Virus record (IMG/VR): IMGVR_UViG_3300041411_000178
Location: 124,001 to 188,000 of that record
Direction: 5' to 3' (one strand)
DNA: 64,000 nucleotides
Shown here: piece after piece, positions 47,208 to 56,104 of the stretch
Layout: every line of letters begins with the position of its first letter
Position numbering within the stretch: the stretch's first letter is position 1
The notes under the pieces: generated by a model
What the model was told of the DNA's origin: nothing
The model's input: only the letters and a program-made list of their open reading frames with translations
The model's database searches: none
Position numbers and translations under genes: made by a program

Positions 47208-48863
47208 ATGACTTTGAAATCGACTGGGTACGTACCTCCAATGCCTACACTGGCGATGCTCGCTGATAACGGCGGCATTGTAACTGTCAACCCGGACTGG
47301 TGTGACTGGTACGAACAAGTGTTTAACGAACCTGCTGGCGCCGGCTATGTCAAAGGGCGCGAGATCATGAACCAGGTTGATCAGTCGTACTCCGAACTGC
47401 TCAGCATCCGTAGCGAGGCCATGAAGAGTGCGATCCACTCGATGATCTCCAATGATCCAAACCGTCCTACCGTGCGCTTCAAAAGCATTGCAGAGGCCGA
47501 GAAGTCGTTCAAACTCTCCGGCAAGCACGCAATGGACTTCGACAAAGAAGAACAAGTGTTCACGTTTGACGGCTACTTCAGCGTCAGTGACATGGAAGCC
47601 ATCCTGTTCATCCGTCGTGCGGAAGAACTGATTGACAAAGCCAAGGAACGCTTTCCGGGTTTCTCCGACTGCGCTACTGGGAGCTACAAAGAGCTGGACA
47701 TCAATCAGTTGATGCAGGTCATGCAGCCATCTTTGTCGAGAACGGACATTGATTCCGAGATTTTCGCTACTCCTGTAGCCGAATCGCCAAATCGCGCGTA
47801 CATGTTCCCTGACGCCAAAGCCAAAGCTTCTCCGATGGCCGAGCAGTTCAACTCTGTTGTTGAAGCACACGCAACGCTGGCGGAATCCGGTATCCTGCGT
47901 CAGAACGTGATCCGCACGCCCGGCGTAAACAATCTGGTACTAGACGGGTACTTCACCCCGAAAGATCTGGAAGCGCTGCTGTACCTGTACCGCAACAACG
48001 ATCCGATGGTGTTCCCTGAAAAGGATGCCAACGGTCTGCCAAAGGACAGTCCCGCGGGTGATAAGCTGAACCGCAAGACCTTCATGGAACTGCTGGGTGT
48101 TACGCCTGAAACCAGCAGCGACGAAGTTGCGGAGAAACTCCGTGCAGCACGCCTTGTTCTGGAAGCAAATCTTACCGGACCTGTTGCAGGCCAATATTTA
48201 GACGGCCTGGGTAAGTTGTACGACGATGCTCTGGAACACCCAAGTTCGGCTAAAGCTCTTCTTCGTCCTACCGGCGATGATTTTGAGAAGAAGCTGCATG
48301 CGGAGATTGTTGGCGGTAGTCTGCGAGAGATCCCCGACGAACTGCCTACCGGTAACGCTGTCCTCAACCGGTTGATAACGGAAGGCGGCGGTCTGCGTCG
48401 TGGTGAATGGGCGGGTGAAGCTGCTGCCCGTACTGATATCAACCGCACGTCTATCGTGGGCGGTACTCGTATTCACTGCTTCGAAGAGGGTGACGATGAC
48501 TTCCCAATGATGACCGCTCTGATCAAGAAGATTGAAACCTTCGAAGAGCAGTTCGGTGGGTTGTCTTTGGCTGACTTCCGCGCGCAAGTAGACGCACCAT
48601 GGGCTGAAGGCGGTGTTGCCTACTTCAAGAAGGAAGACGGTCACTTCAGCCTGGTGTTCGAAAAGAACGAGGTGGTCGTCTCGCTGTTCTCGTTCAAAGT
48701 GGCTGAACACTCCAACCCTCCGGGTCAGATTGTCTTGTGCGAACACGCGCCAAGCCTGGTCAACTACACCACTATCTCCAGCTTCTTTGATCTGTTCATC
48801 AGCATCACGCCTGAGCAGGTAAAGGAAGCTAAAGACCGAGCTATCGAGAAACACGGTCAGTAA
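47208..48863 (+). CDS. Mosaic hypothetical protein (551 aa) with an internal duplicated domain
   Basis: GGGAG RBS; repeats FDGYFSVSDMEAILFIRR / LDGYFTPKDLEALLYLYR. Confidence 0.75.
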   Translation: MTLKSTGYVPPMPTLAMLADNGGIVTVNPDWCDWYEQVFNEPAGAGYVKGREIMNQVDQSYSELLSIRSEAMKSAIHSMISNDPNRPTVRFKSIAEAEKSFKLSGKHAMDFDKEEQVFTFDGYFSVSDMEAILFIRRAEELIDKAKERFPGFSDCATGSYKELDINQLMQVMQPSLSRTDIDSEIFATPVAESPNRAYMFPDAKAKASPMAEQFNSVVEAHATLAESGILRQNVIRTPGVNNLVLDGYFTPKDLEALLYLYRNNDPMVFPEKDANGLPKDSPAGDKLNRKTFMELLGVTPETSSDEVAEKLRAARLVLEANLTGPVAGQYLDGLGKLYDDALEHPSSAKALLRPTGDDFEKKLHAEIVGGSLREIPDELPTGNAVLNRLITEGGGLRRGEWAGEAAARTDINRTSIVGGTRIHCFEEGDDDFPMMTALIKKIETFEEQFGGLSLADFRAQVDAPWAEGGVAYFKKEDGHFSLVFEKNEVVVSLFSFKVAEHSNPPGQIVLCEHAPSLVNYTTISSFFDLFISITPEQVKEAKDRAIEKHGQ

Positions 48864-48879
48864 TACCAGCAACACAACT

Positions 48880-48905
48880 GGGTGGAGAATTCTCCACCCT
48901 TTCTT
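48880..48905 (+). terminator. 20-bp perfect palindrome plus T tract
   Basis: GGGTGGAGAATTCTCCACCC-TTTCTT. Confidence 0.65.
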
Positions 48906-48964
48906 AACGCAATACCCACTTAACAGAATCCACTCTGGTTTCTGAAACTATTGGAGCAATAAGC

Positions 48965-49534
48965 ATGGCTAGTCTTTTCCGTAACCGTACTTTGCTGGAC
49001 TCTTTCCCTAACCGCAACGTGGTAGGTGAAAGCACTGGTATTCATACCAATGACGGCAACCTTGTTTTCCGCGTGGGTATCGACTTCGGTATCCAAGGCA
49101 AGCTTACTCGCTACATGACTGTTAAAGCCCTGGGCAATGAGCTGGTAGAAGTCAGCCGGGCGATCAGTGAGTACGAAAGTTCCATCCTGGAGATCATTGA
49201 CATCCTGGAGGAAATGCAGCGCTGGGTCCTGGACATTGATTTTGTTCCGGGTGCAATCAGTCCTGTTCGTCACCGTGGTGATCTGGTATTCAACCGCGTG
49301 TTGTGCGAAGAGAACCCACTGATGGTTCACGCAGCGTGGTTCAACAAGAGCATTACCTGCTCGTTGTTCGGCAAAGGTCTGTACGACCTGGAGATCCGCA
49401 TTCCAGCGGGTGGTGAACACAATCACCGCATCTTCCAGCTGAAGATCATGTCGATGATCAACGTGTTCCGTGAACATCTGCGTGATGTTGAGAAGCTGCC
49501 GGTTCAACAACTGCTGAAGAAGGGTGCCAACTAA
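48965..49534 (+). CDS. Hypothetical protein
   Basis: GGAG RBS; 189 aa. Confidence 0.7.
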   Translation: MASLFRNRTLLDSFPNRNVVGESTGIHTNDGNLVFRVGIDFGIQGKLTRYMTVKALGNELVEVSRAISEYESSILEIIDILEEMQRWVLDIDFVPGAISPVRHRGDLVFNRVLCEENPLMVHAAWFNKSITCSLFGKGLYDLEIRIPAGGEHNHRIFQLKIMSMINVFREHLRDVEKLPVQQLLKKGAN

Positions 49535-49989
49535 TGCGCTCTGTACTCTTCGCTCTGCTGCTGTTGGTAGGTTCTGCTCAGGCAGATGAAACTCTGATGT
49601 GTGGTCAATATGGCTACACAGACAAGAGTGAAGACTTCCACCAAATGAACCTCCTCCCGTTGATCAGCATTTTTGAGATCGATAAGGAGGAGGCTCGGTT
49701 TGGTAACGAGGTCTTCAAGAAGTTCGATGCTAGCCGCGTCGAGATGGACGGATTGGCTAAGACGTACTTCCAGCCAGAAACTAACAAGTTGCTCTATGTC
49801 TACACGAATGAGCAGGGTACTCAGGAAGTTGGTATCAGCCTATTGAAGGAGGATACTGACGACCTGTTTGCTGATAAGTCTGTTTTTACTGGCTGCAAGG
49901 CAAAGACGGTTGGGCACGAAGAGGTAGTGGCATCTAAAACCTCTCTTCGTCGCCCACTCGATCCCAACCAACCGCTTTATACCTTCTGA
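49534..49989 (+). CDS. Predicted secreted/periplasmic protein
   Basis: MRSVLFALLLLVGSAQA-D signal peptidase I-like site; Cys near both ends of the mature domain. Confidence 0.75.
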   Translation: MRSVLFALLLLVGSAQADETLMCGQYGYTDKSEDFHQMNLLPLISIFEIDKEEARFGNEVFKKFDASRVEMDGLAKTYFQPETNKLLYVYTNEQGTQEVGISLLKEDTDDLFADKSVFTGCKAKTVGHEEVVASKTSLRRPLDPNQPLYTF

Positions 49990-49999
49990 GGGGAAAGCA

Positions 50000-50386
50000 A
50001 TGGCTAACGGTATTTTCCTGGCTACGGCTATGTTTAATGGCGAACCCACGTTCTTCCAGTACACGATGCGAGAAAATGATCCGGTTGTTATCGTGGAGCT
50101 CTACAAGCCGCCCAAAGACGATCTGATCCCTAACGCGGTGATGACTACCGAGATCAAGAAAATCAACCCACTGGACTATCCAGAGCCTCTGCGTCAGCAT
50201 CTCCTGAGCACCCCTCATCTTGAGCGATCTCTGGCGGATTCCATATCGAAAGAGGTTTCTAGAATCGGTCAAGAACAATGGGGCAAGATGCTTGCTGACC
50301 ATGAAGTGAACAAAATTCCTACTCAGGAGGAATGGAACACCAGTGTTAAACGCATCATTAATAACGTGAGGGGGTCGGATGCTTAG
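50000..50386 (+). CDS. Hypothetical protein
   Basis: GAGGGG RBS. Confidence 0.65.
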   Translation: MANGIFLATAMFNGEPTFFQYTMRENDPVVIVELYKPPKDDLIPNAVMTTEIKKINPLDYPEPLRQHLLSTPHLERSLADSISKEVSRIGQEQWGKMLADHEVNKIPTQEEWNTSVKRIINNVRGSDA

Positions 50387-51032
50387 TCGTAATAAAGATT
50401 GGTTCGTCCAGTCTAGCTACTGGCGTAACGTCAGTCGCGTGTTGCAACGCATGGGAGGGCCATTCGAAGAACAACTCGAGGTGTCGGTCTCCCCCATCAA
50501 CTCGGATGACCATTCATGGCTGACCCTGGGTGAAGTCCGCATTCGCCGTCACGTTACTTACAGTGCGGCAGATGTATTCACCCATCACTTTCCAGAGTAC
50601 CTGGAAAATGAGCTGAAAGGGCGGCTGGGTAAAAGTATCGCCGATGCCCTGCTGCACGTTAATCTCCTGAGTGAGATTGACCCGGTTAAAGTCCGGGAAG
50701 TAGGCCGCCATTGGGTATGGGGAGGTGGTATCCCGTTTGTATTGATTGCACGAGACCCTCACAAGTTTCCTGCGTTGATTCAATTCTGGATCGATCACCC
50801 TGCCACTACCAATCAACAGCTGCTGTTTCTTCCGCTTATTCGTGAGCATGAAGAACTGTTGAAGCGTCCCGTGCTGGATAGAGTCCCTCGTTCTTGGATG
50901 GACCACTACCTACAACTGATGACCAATATGCAACCTGGCGATCCCAGAACTGCTGAGGTCAAACAATTTCTGGAAGACAATCCGGTTGAGACCATTTGTT
51001 TTCCACAGGTGCCGCATTCTAACAAGGAATAA
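50379..51032 (+). CDS. Hypothetical protein
   Basis: GAGGGG RBS; overlaps the upstream stop. Confidence 0.65.
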   Translation: MLSRNKDWFVQSSYWRNVSRVLQRMGGPFEEQLEVSVSPINSDDHSWLTLGEVRIRRHVTYSAADVFTHHFPEYLENELKGRLGKSIADALLHVNLLSEIDPVKVREVGRHWVWGGGIPFVLIARDPHKFPALIQFWIDHPATTNQQLLFLPLIREHEELLKRPVLDRVPRSWMDHYLQLMTNMQPGDPRTAEVKQFLEDNPVETICFPQVPHSNKE

Positions 51033-51034
51033 AC

Positions 51035-51622
51035 ATGAACTGGTATGTGCACGGGAAGACTTCCCGCTGTGTTGGATTTATCCAGGATGGGGGTGTCTGT
51101 GAAGGCGGTAACTGTGAGCACCTGGAAGATGGGGACCAGGCACACGGTTATTGCGGCGAGGCTGATAGCTTCGGCGAAGAACATCACCTGATGTGCCAAC
51201 CGTGCTACGAGGTGTTTCTCGAAGAACGGAAGACAGAGCCCGTGGACTGCGAAGACTGCGGGATGGATCACCCCAGAAACGAGGGAATCAGTTACATCCC
51301 TTATTTCTGCGACGAGTTGCCACGAGAGCGTAACCGCATTTTCGTGTGTAATACCTGTAAGGAACTTCCTGCACACAAGTACCGTCTTGAGCGGGATGAA
51401 CGTGACATGGAAGCCGCTAAACTGGAGGCTGAAATGAACGACGATAAAGCGCACGTCTCGCATGAAGACGGAGTACCGGAACCCCTCGACGATGATGACA
51501 TCGACGTCTATCCGGACCCAATCTTCGAACCGCGGGAGCCTGAGGAAGGCGAAGAGCCCGAGGAGCTGGAACTCGAGGAAGAAGACCACGACATTCCGTT
51601 CCCGGACGAGGAGCGTCATTAA
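51035..51622 (+). CDS. Multi-Cys Zn-binding protein with long acidic tail
   Basis: CQPC, CEDC, CNTC and further Cys/His; D/E-rich C-terminal 60 aa. Confidence 0.7.
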   Translation: MNWYVHGKTSRCVGFIQDGGVCEGGNCEHLEDGDQAHGYCGEADSFGEEHHLMCQPCYEVFLEERKTEPVDCEDCGMDHPRNEGISYIPYFCDELPRERNRIFVCNTCKELPAHKYRLERDERDMEAAKLEAEMNDDKAHVSHEDGVPEPLDDDDIDVYPDPIFEPREPEEGEEPEELELEEEDHDIPFPDEERH

Positions 51623-51822
51623 TGTGGCTTACCCTCCTGCTGATCGTAGCCGTTGGTATTGCCTTGGCAGGAACCTATATTCCCTGGAGTAGCATCCAGG
51701 GAATGTCGGATATTCCTCGTAGGGCGGCCTGTGCCATTTATATTGCTAGCTGGATTGTACTGGCTGGTTTTGGCTTCGCGGGTATCGATTTGTTTTATTC
51801 TTACAAGGAAGCACTGCGATGA
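51622..51822 (+). CDS. Small two-TM membrane protein
   Basis: Two hydrophobic helices; TAATG overlap. Confidence 0.65.
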   Translation: MWLTLLLIVAVGIALAGTYIPWSSIQGMSDIPRRAACAIYIASWIVLAGFGFAGIDLFYSYKEALR

Positions 51823-52277
51823 GCAATAAACCTTTTCTCTTTACACCTGGCAGCATGGACAAGCTCCAGCACACTGACGTTGCTCAATCCGTCGAAGTGG
51901 ATGAAGCGCGCAGTGACCGTATCAGAAACAAGTACGAAAAGCTGGTAGAAAACGGTCTGTACGAGAACAACGATCTGCGTTCGTTCTCTAACACCCTGTG
52001 GAATGCGATCGTCCACTTCGACGATAAGACACTCTACGTGTTTACGTATCCAATCATCTCCTCTTCTCCGGCCTGCTACATCAAGACCTGCTCCTGCGGC
52101 ACGGTAGTCTTCAAAGAACTGCTGGATGACGTCGACTTCAAAGGCGTTCTCGATCTCGAGGACGTTCTCGACGCCATACAACTAACACTGGACTTCGTCG
52201 GTGACGAGGTTGGTGCCGATCTACCCAAAATCCCGTTCAATCCCCCTTACCTAAAACAAACGAAGGAAGCCGATTAA
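51819..52277 (+). CDS. Hypothetical protein
   Basis: ATGA overlap, AAGGA RBS. Confidence 0.7.
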   Translation: MSNKPFLFTPGSMDKLQHTDVAQSVEVDEARSDRIRNKYEKLVENGLYENNDLRSFSNTLWNAIVHFDDKTLYVFTYPIISSSPACYIKTCSCGTVVFKELLDDVDFKGVLDLEDVLDAIQLTLDFVGDEVGADLPKIPFNPPYLKQTKEAD

Positions 52278-52556
52278 ATGGCAACGGTAAAGATTCAACA
52301 AAAGCTCGGTATGGACCTGTTCAAAAAGCTCAGCGCTCAAATGAAAGAAACCGGGCTGCATCTGGTCCGTAGCGACGGCGAAGACAAGCCTGACCGCAAG
52401 ATCACGCAAGAGAACGTGATCTGCAAAGTCAAGCAAGTGTTCAACCTGGGCAAGAAGATGGAAGCCGTAGTGGATGGCGATGTTGTGCTGTCTGGCTATG
52501 AGTTGCGCTTCCAGCAGTTCGAGAACGTTTTCTATCTGGTGCGTAAAGGCATCTGA
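52278..52556 (+). CDS. Hypothetical protein
   Basis: Abuts the upstream stop; 92 aa. Confidence 0.7.
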   Translation: MATVKIQQKLGMDLFKKLSAQMKETGLHLVRSDGEDKPDRKITQENVICKVKQVFNLGKKMEAVVDGDVVLSGYELRFQQFENVFYLVRKGI

Positions 52557-52571
52557 TTATACGTGCAACAC

Positions 52572-52620
52572 CCTCCCTAGCGAGTCGGGCCAACAGGCTT
52601 GCTGGGGAGGTTTTATTTTT
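52572..52620 (+). terminator. Intrinsic terminator
   Basis: CCTCCCTAGCGAG..CTTGCTGGGGAGG plus T tract. Confidence 0.7.
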
Positions 52621-52641
52621 TGTTTAAATTAGGAGTTTGTA

Positions 52642-53283
52642 ATGGATAACTATAAAGACGGAACGATAGCGTTTGACCGTATTACAGTTTTGGGGAAGGA
52701 CTTTGTTGCGGGGACGTACAAGGACGACTTGGCTGTCTATCAATATGCCTTTGATGTTAAGCCGTTTGTAGCAGGCGGGAAGAAAAAGAAGAAGAACGCC
52801 CCAGAGAAGTATGACTATCAATGGGAAGGCTTTTTCAACATGATGGTCAACAATACCCGCATTCGACTGCATCCGGTTCTGAATGACTACGGGTTGTTCG
52901 AGATGGAAAGAAAGCTTGAGCTGCTCAAAGAGAAGATGCAGTTCTTTGTGAAGGAACTCAAGACACGCCGTAAGACACCTGCTAAGGGCGATCGTTACGA
53001 CAAGCAGTGGCTGAACAAACCGGATACCCCTTACTCAGGGCATGTGCACCTGACCATGCACAAGGACGGCGGTGGCAACCTTTCGGTAGCCGACTGTCAT
53101 AAGTCCATCCACTGGTGGGTGGACTGTTACTTAGATCCGAGTGGCAAACCCGTCTACGACGAGTACTACGAAAAGTCGTTGAAGTCGATTGAAGAGTTTG
53201 CACGTGGGTTAGGCAAGGCTTGCAAGGCAATCCAAGAATTGCGCAAGTTCTTTGCCCGTGAACTCGAAAGCTCTCAAGGTTAA
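52642..53283 (+). CDS. Hypothetical basic protein (213 aa)
   Basis: AGGAG RBS. Confidence 0.7.
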   Translation: MDNYKDGTIAFDRITVLGKDFVAGTYKDDLAVYQYAFDVKPFVAGGKKKKKNAPEKYDYQWEGFFNMMVNNTRIRLHPVLNDYGLFEMERKLELLKEKMQFFVKELKTRRKTPAKGDRYDKQWLNKPDTPYSGHVHLTMHKDGGGNLSVADCHKSIHWWVDCYLDPSGKPVYDEYYEKSLKSIEEFARGLGKACKAIQELRKFFARELESSQG

Positions 53284-53288
53284 GAGAG

Positions 53289-53305
53289 TTTCAAACCTAC
53301 ATTAT
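53289..53305 (+). promoter_or_regulatory. Phage early-type promoter motif (copy 7)
   Basis: TTTCAAACCTACATTAT upstream of the chaperonin. Confidence 0.7.
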
Positions 53306-53353
53306 TACCCTGAGATACATTGTTTATATCAACCCAGCTACGGAGATTCTTCC

Positions 53354-55024
53354 ATGTACATGCAACTCTCTAATAACCGCAGTCATGGTGATATGCAGGT
53401 CCGCACTACTCAAGATGTTGTTGAGGATGTAATGACCAACGTCCATGACGCGGTGGTTGCCACCATGGGTCCTAACGGCAAGCTTTCAGCCATTACTATC
53501 GGTACCTCGGTGAAGGTTACCAAAGACGGTGTAACAGTCGCAAAGTCGCTGAAGTTTGTTAACCCATTCGAAGAAGCTGTAAACCGCATCATTCTGGAAC
53601 CGGCAATCAAGACCGATGACGAATGCGGTGACGGTACCACCACCACCATTCTGTTGACCGGTGAACTGTACAGCCTGTACTCGCAGTTCCCTACTTACCG
53701 TGAACGCAAGTTCATCGACAAGCTGTGCAACAAAACGATCGAAGAACTCAGCCGTATGTCGATCGCTGTGAACAACGACAGTCCAGAGTTGTACAGTCTG
53801 GCCCTGACGTCCTCTAACGGCGATGAGAAGCTGGCTGACGTCATTACCGACATCTATCACCAGGCTGCCGGTAAATACCCTGAGATCGAGCTCAAGGAAG
53901 GTCTGGGCGGGCAAGACCAGGTTGTGCGTTCCAACGGTCTGCCGGTGAACCTGATCTACAGCAACCCGTCGTTCTCCAAGAACGGCAACGGTACTGCGTC
54001 GGAATTCACGCTCTTCGTCCCAATCGTTATCGATGACAACATCCGTAACGTAGATCCGCAGGTGCTGATCGGTCTGCTGAAAAAGGTAATGGACAGCGTT
54101 GGCAGCGAAGCTACCTTCCTGCTCATTGCTCGTTCGTTCGACAACCCGATCAACAGCCTGATCCTGCAACTGAACAACCAACTGAAACGTCAGGCGTTCA
54201 TCTGCGCACAGACCAACTTCGGTGGTTCGGTTGGTACGCTGTTGATGCAGGACCTCTCGATCATGCTGGGCACCAGTATGGTTAAGGTGTTCTCGGACAT
54301 CGTGACCGTCGAACCGCGTTTTTGCGTCGACAAGCTGACCATTGGTTCCACCCGGTCGGTATTCGAAGCGACTTCCCTCGAGACCACTGACCGTATTGCC
54401 GCACAGGTGAAATCGATCGAAGAAGAACTTAACAGCTACGAGCGTGGTGAGCGTTTCAGCATGCGTGCGCGTTTCAATGAGAAACGTCTGCGTGATCTGA
54501 AGGGCGAACTGATCACCATCTTCGTGGGCGGTGAAACTCAGTCCGAGATCAAGGAACGTATCGACCGTTTCGAAGACGTGTCGAAGGCTGTCAAATCAGC
54601 ACTGGTGAACGGCATCCTGCCGGGTGTAGGTACTGCACTGATCACCGCTGGTGTGTTCGCCATGCAAAGTCTGGAAGATGAAATCGATACCGATCCTGTC
54701 TACGACAAGATCATCAAGGCTTTCATCGAAGTGATCTTTGCACAGTACACCCTCCTGATGGGTCCTCTGATGTCGTTCAAGGGTACCGCCGAAGAAAAGG
54801 CTACACTCATGGAAGGTGTCTTGGACATGGACAACCCTGCACCGTTCACTGTTATGAACATGCGGGATAACACCACCGGTACTCCTCGTGACCTGGGGAT
54901 CTACGACACGGCTTACGCCTCTATCACTGCATTGCGTGGTGGCATGCAGACAGCCAAGATCCTCGCCAGCCTCGATAGCATCTTGATCGGGGACAAACTG
55001 GCTGCGGTTCATATCCAGTCTTAA
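53354..55024 (+). CDS. groEL: Phage GroEL-like chaperonin
   Basis: TMGPNG, VTKDGVTVAKSL, DECGDGTTTT ATP-binding motif, FVGGETQSEIKE..RFED, GILPGVG, GIYD. Start moved to ATG 53354 (GGAG RBS). Confidence 0.93.
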   Translation: MYMQLSNNRSHGDMQVRTTQDVVEDVMTNVHDAVVATMGPNGKLSAITIGTSVKVTKDGVTVAKSLKFVNPFEEAVNRIILEPAIKTDDECGDGTTTTILLTGELYSLYSQFPTYRERKFIDKLCNKTIEELSRMSIAVNNDSPELYSLALTSSNGDEKLADVITDIYHQAAGKYPEIELKEGLGGQDQVVRSNGLPVNLIYSNPSFSKNGNGTASEFTLFVPIVIDDNIRNVDPQVLIGLLKKVMDSVGSEATFLLIARSFDNPINSLILQLNNQLKRQAFICAQTNFGGSVGTLLMQDLSIMLGTSMVKVFSDIVTVEPRFCVDKLTIGSTRSVFEATSLETTDRIAAQVKSIEEELNSYERGERFSMRARFNEKRLRDLKGELITIFVGGETQSEIKERIDRFEDVSKAVKSALVNGILPGVGTALITAGVFAMQSLEDEIDTDPVYDKIIKAFIEVIFAQYTLLMGPLMSFKGTAEEKATLMEGVLDMDNPAPFTVMNMRDNTTGTPRDLGIYDTAYASITALRGGMQTAKILASLDSILIGDKLAAVHIQS

Positions 55025-55040
55025 CGTAACACAAATAATC

Positions 55041-55064
55041 GGGGGCTTCGGCTCCCTTTTATTT
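55041..55064 (+). terminator. Intrinsic terminator (UUCG loop)
   Basis: GGGGGC-TTCG-GCTCCC-TTTTATTTT. Confidence 0.75.
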
Positions 55065-55081
55065 TGCCCTGAGGAATAATA

Positions 55082-55285
55082 ATGACGCCAGAAATGCAGC
55101 AGCTCTTTACCGGATCCAACCGGACCATATTGCTTATGTGGACCATCTTGGGAGTAGCAATCGGTAGCAAAACACTTTTAGGCAGTGTGTTAGTGTTGTC
55201 GTTTTTCGTCCTGATTGTAAAGACGAATTCCCATCTGGCCTTCATCGCGTCAATTCTGATTCCATTGGTTTTCATTTGGTTCTGA
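55082..55285 (+). CDS. Small multi-TM membrane protein
   Basis: GAGGA RBS; almost entirely hydrophobic. Confidence 0.6.
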   Translation: MTPEMQQLFTGSNRTILLMWTILGVAIGSKTLLGSVLVLSFFVLIVKTNSHLAFIASILIPLVFIWF

Positions 55286-55355
55286 GTAAATTTCTAGGGG
55301 ATACTATGCTGAACGTTTATACGTTTGGTTTTATTCCTTTCCCTGGAGAACCACC

Positions 55356-55952
55356 ATGGCAGCTAAGACGCACATGGCGTTGTTTGTTGAACGGTTTGTT
55401 AAGTTCAACAAGAATCGCTACGCCGGCGACGCCGATTATCTCGCGCTGTTCGAAGGCCTGAAAGAAACCGACCTCCAACTCGGCACTCCTGTCGATGCTG
55501 GTGACGGCACCTTCAACATGACCATCGCTTCGGCTGGTCGCAACTTCCGCTGTGATCCACTGCAATCGTGGACCCCGGCCGACGCTTCGAAGACTTTGGG
55601 GTTGTATACCCTGAAGAACGTTACACCGCTGGCCGACATCAACGAGCTGGAAGCGCAGACCGAAGCCGGTTTGTATTCCTACACTGATGGCGCCGACACC
55701 CTCGTTGGTGTGGTCATTGCCTCCGACATCGCCGACGGCGGTGAAGAAGCTGCAATCGAAGCGATCGTGAACGCTGGTCTGGTTTACGCCATTCCAACGA
55801 TCACCACCACCGAGGGTGACACCTTCACCCAGCTCATCGGCAGCACGTTCAAGGGTAACCTCGAATGGGTTAAAGGTGCTGTACCGGTCAAGGTGATTCC
55901 ACCTACTGACTACGGCCTCCTGACCGTTGATCAAGACGCACCCGAAGTTTAA
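55356..55952 (+). CDS. Hypothetical, highly codon-biased acidic protein
   Basis: GGAG RBS; own downstream hairpin. Confidence 0.75.
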   Translation: MAAKTHMALFVERFVKFNKNRYAGDADYLALFEGLKETDLQLGTPVDAGDGTFNMTIASAGRNFRCDPLQSWTPADASKTLGLYTLKNVTPLADINELEAQTEAGLYSYTDGADTLVGVVIASDIADGGEEAAIEAIVNAGLVYAIPTITTTEGDTFTQLIGSTFKGNLEWVKGAVPVKVIPPTDYGLLTVDQDAPEV

Positions 55953-55976
55953 CCCGCTGGGTTGAGCTGCTCTAGT

Positions 55977-56012
55977 AAAGCCTACCGTTGGGTCATTCCC
56001 GCGGTAGGCTTT
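55977..56012 (+). terminator. Terminator-like hairpin
   Basis: AAAGCCTACCG..CGGTAGGCTTT. Confidence 0.65.
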
Positions 56013-56104
56013 ATGGCTGCTTTACGCCAGTTAGAATTTAATGTTACACCCACGACTATTATCTACACCCGATAAAAGGTCATTTGTATTAAGGAGTTTT
56101 ATCC

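Noticed and set aside
47208-48863. Functional DnaB helicase
   Set aside because: Walker A lysine is missing and no Walker B or other helicase motifs follow.
55276-55461. 61-aa plus-strand ORF
   Set aside because: Overlaps the well-supported 55356 gene out of frame and looks non-coding, although an SD-like sequence precedes an internal ATG.
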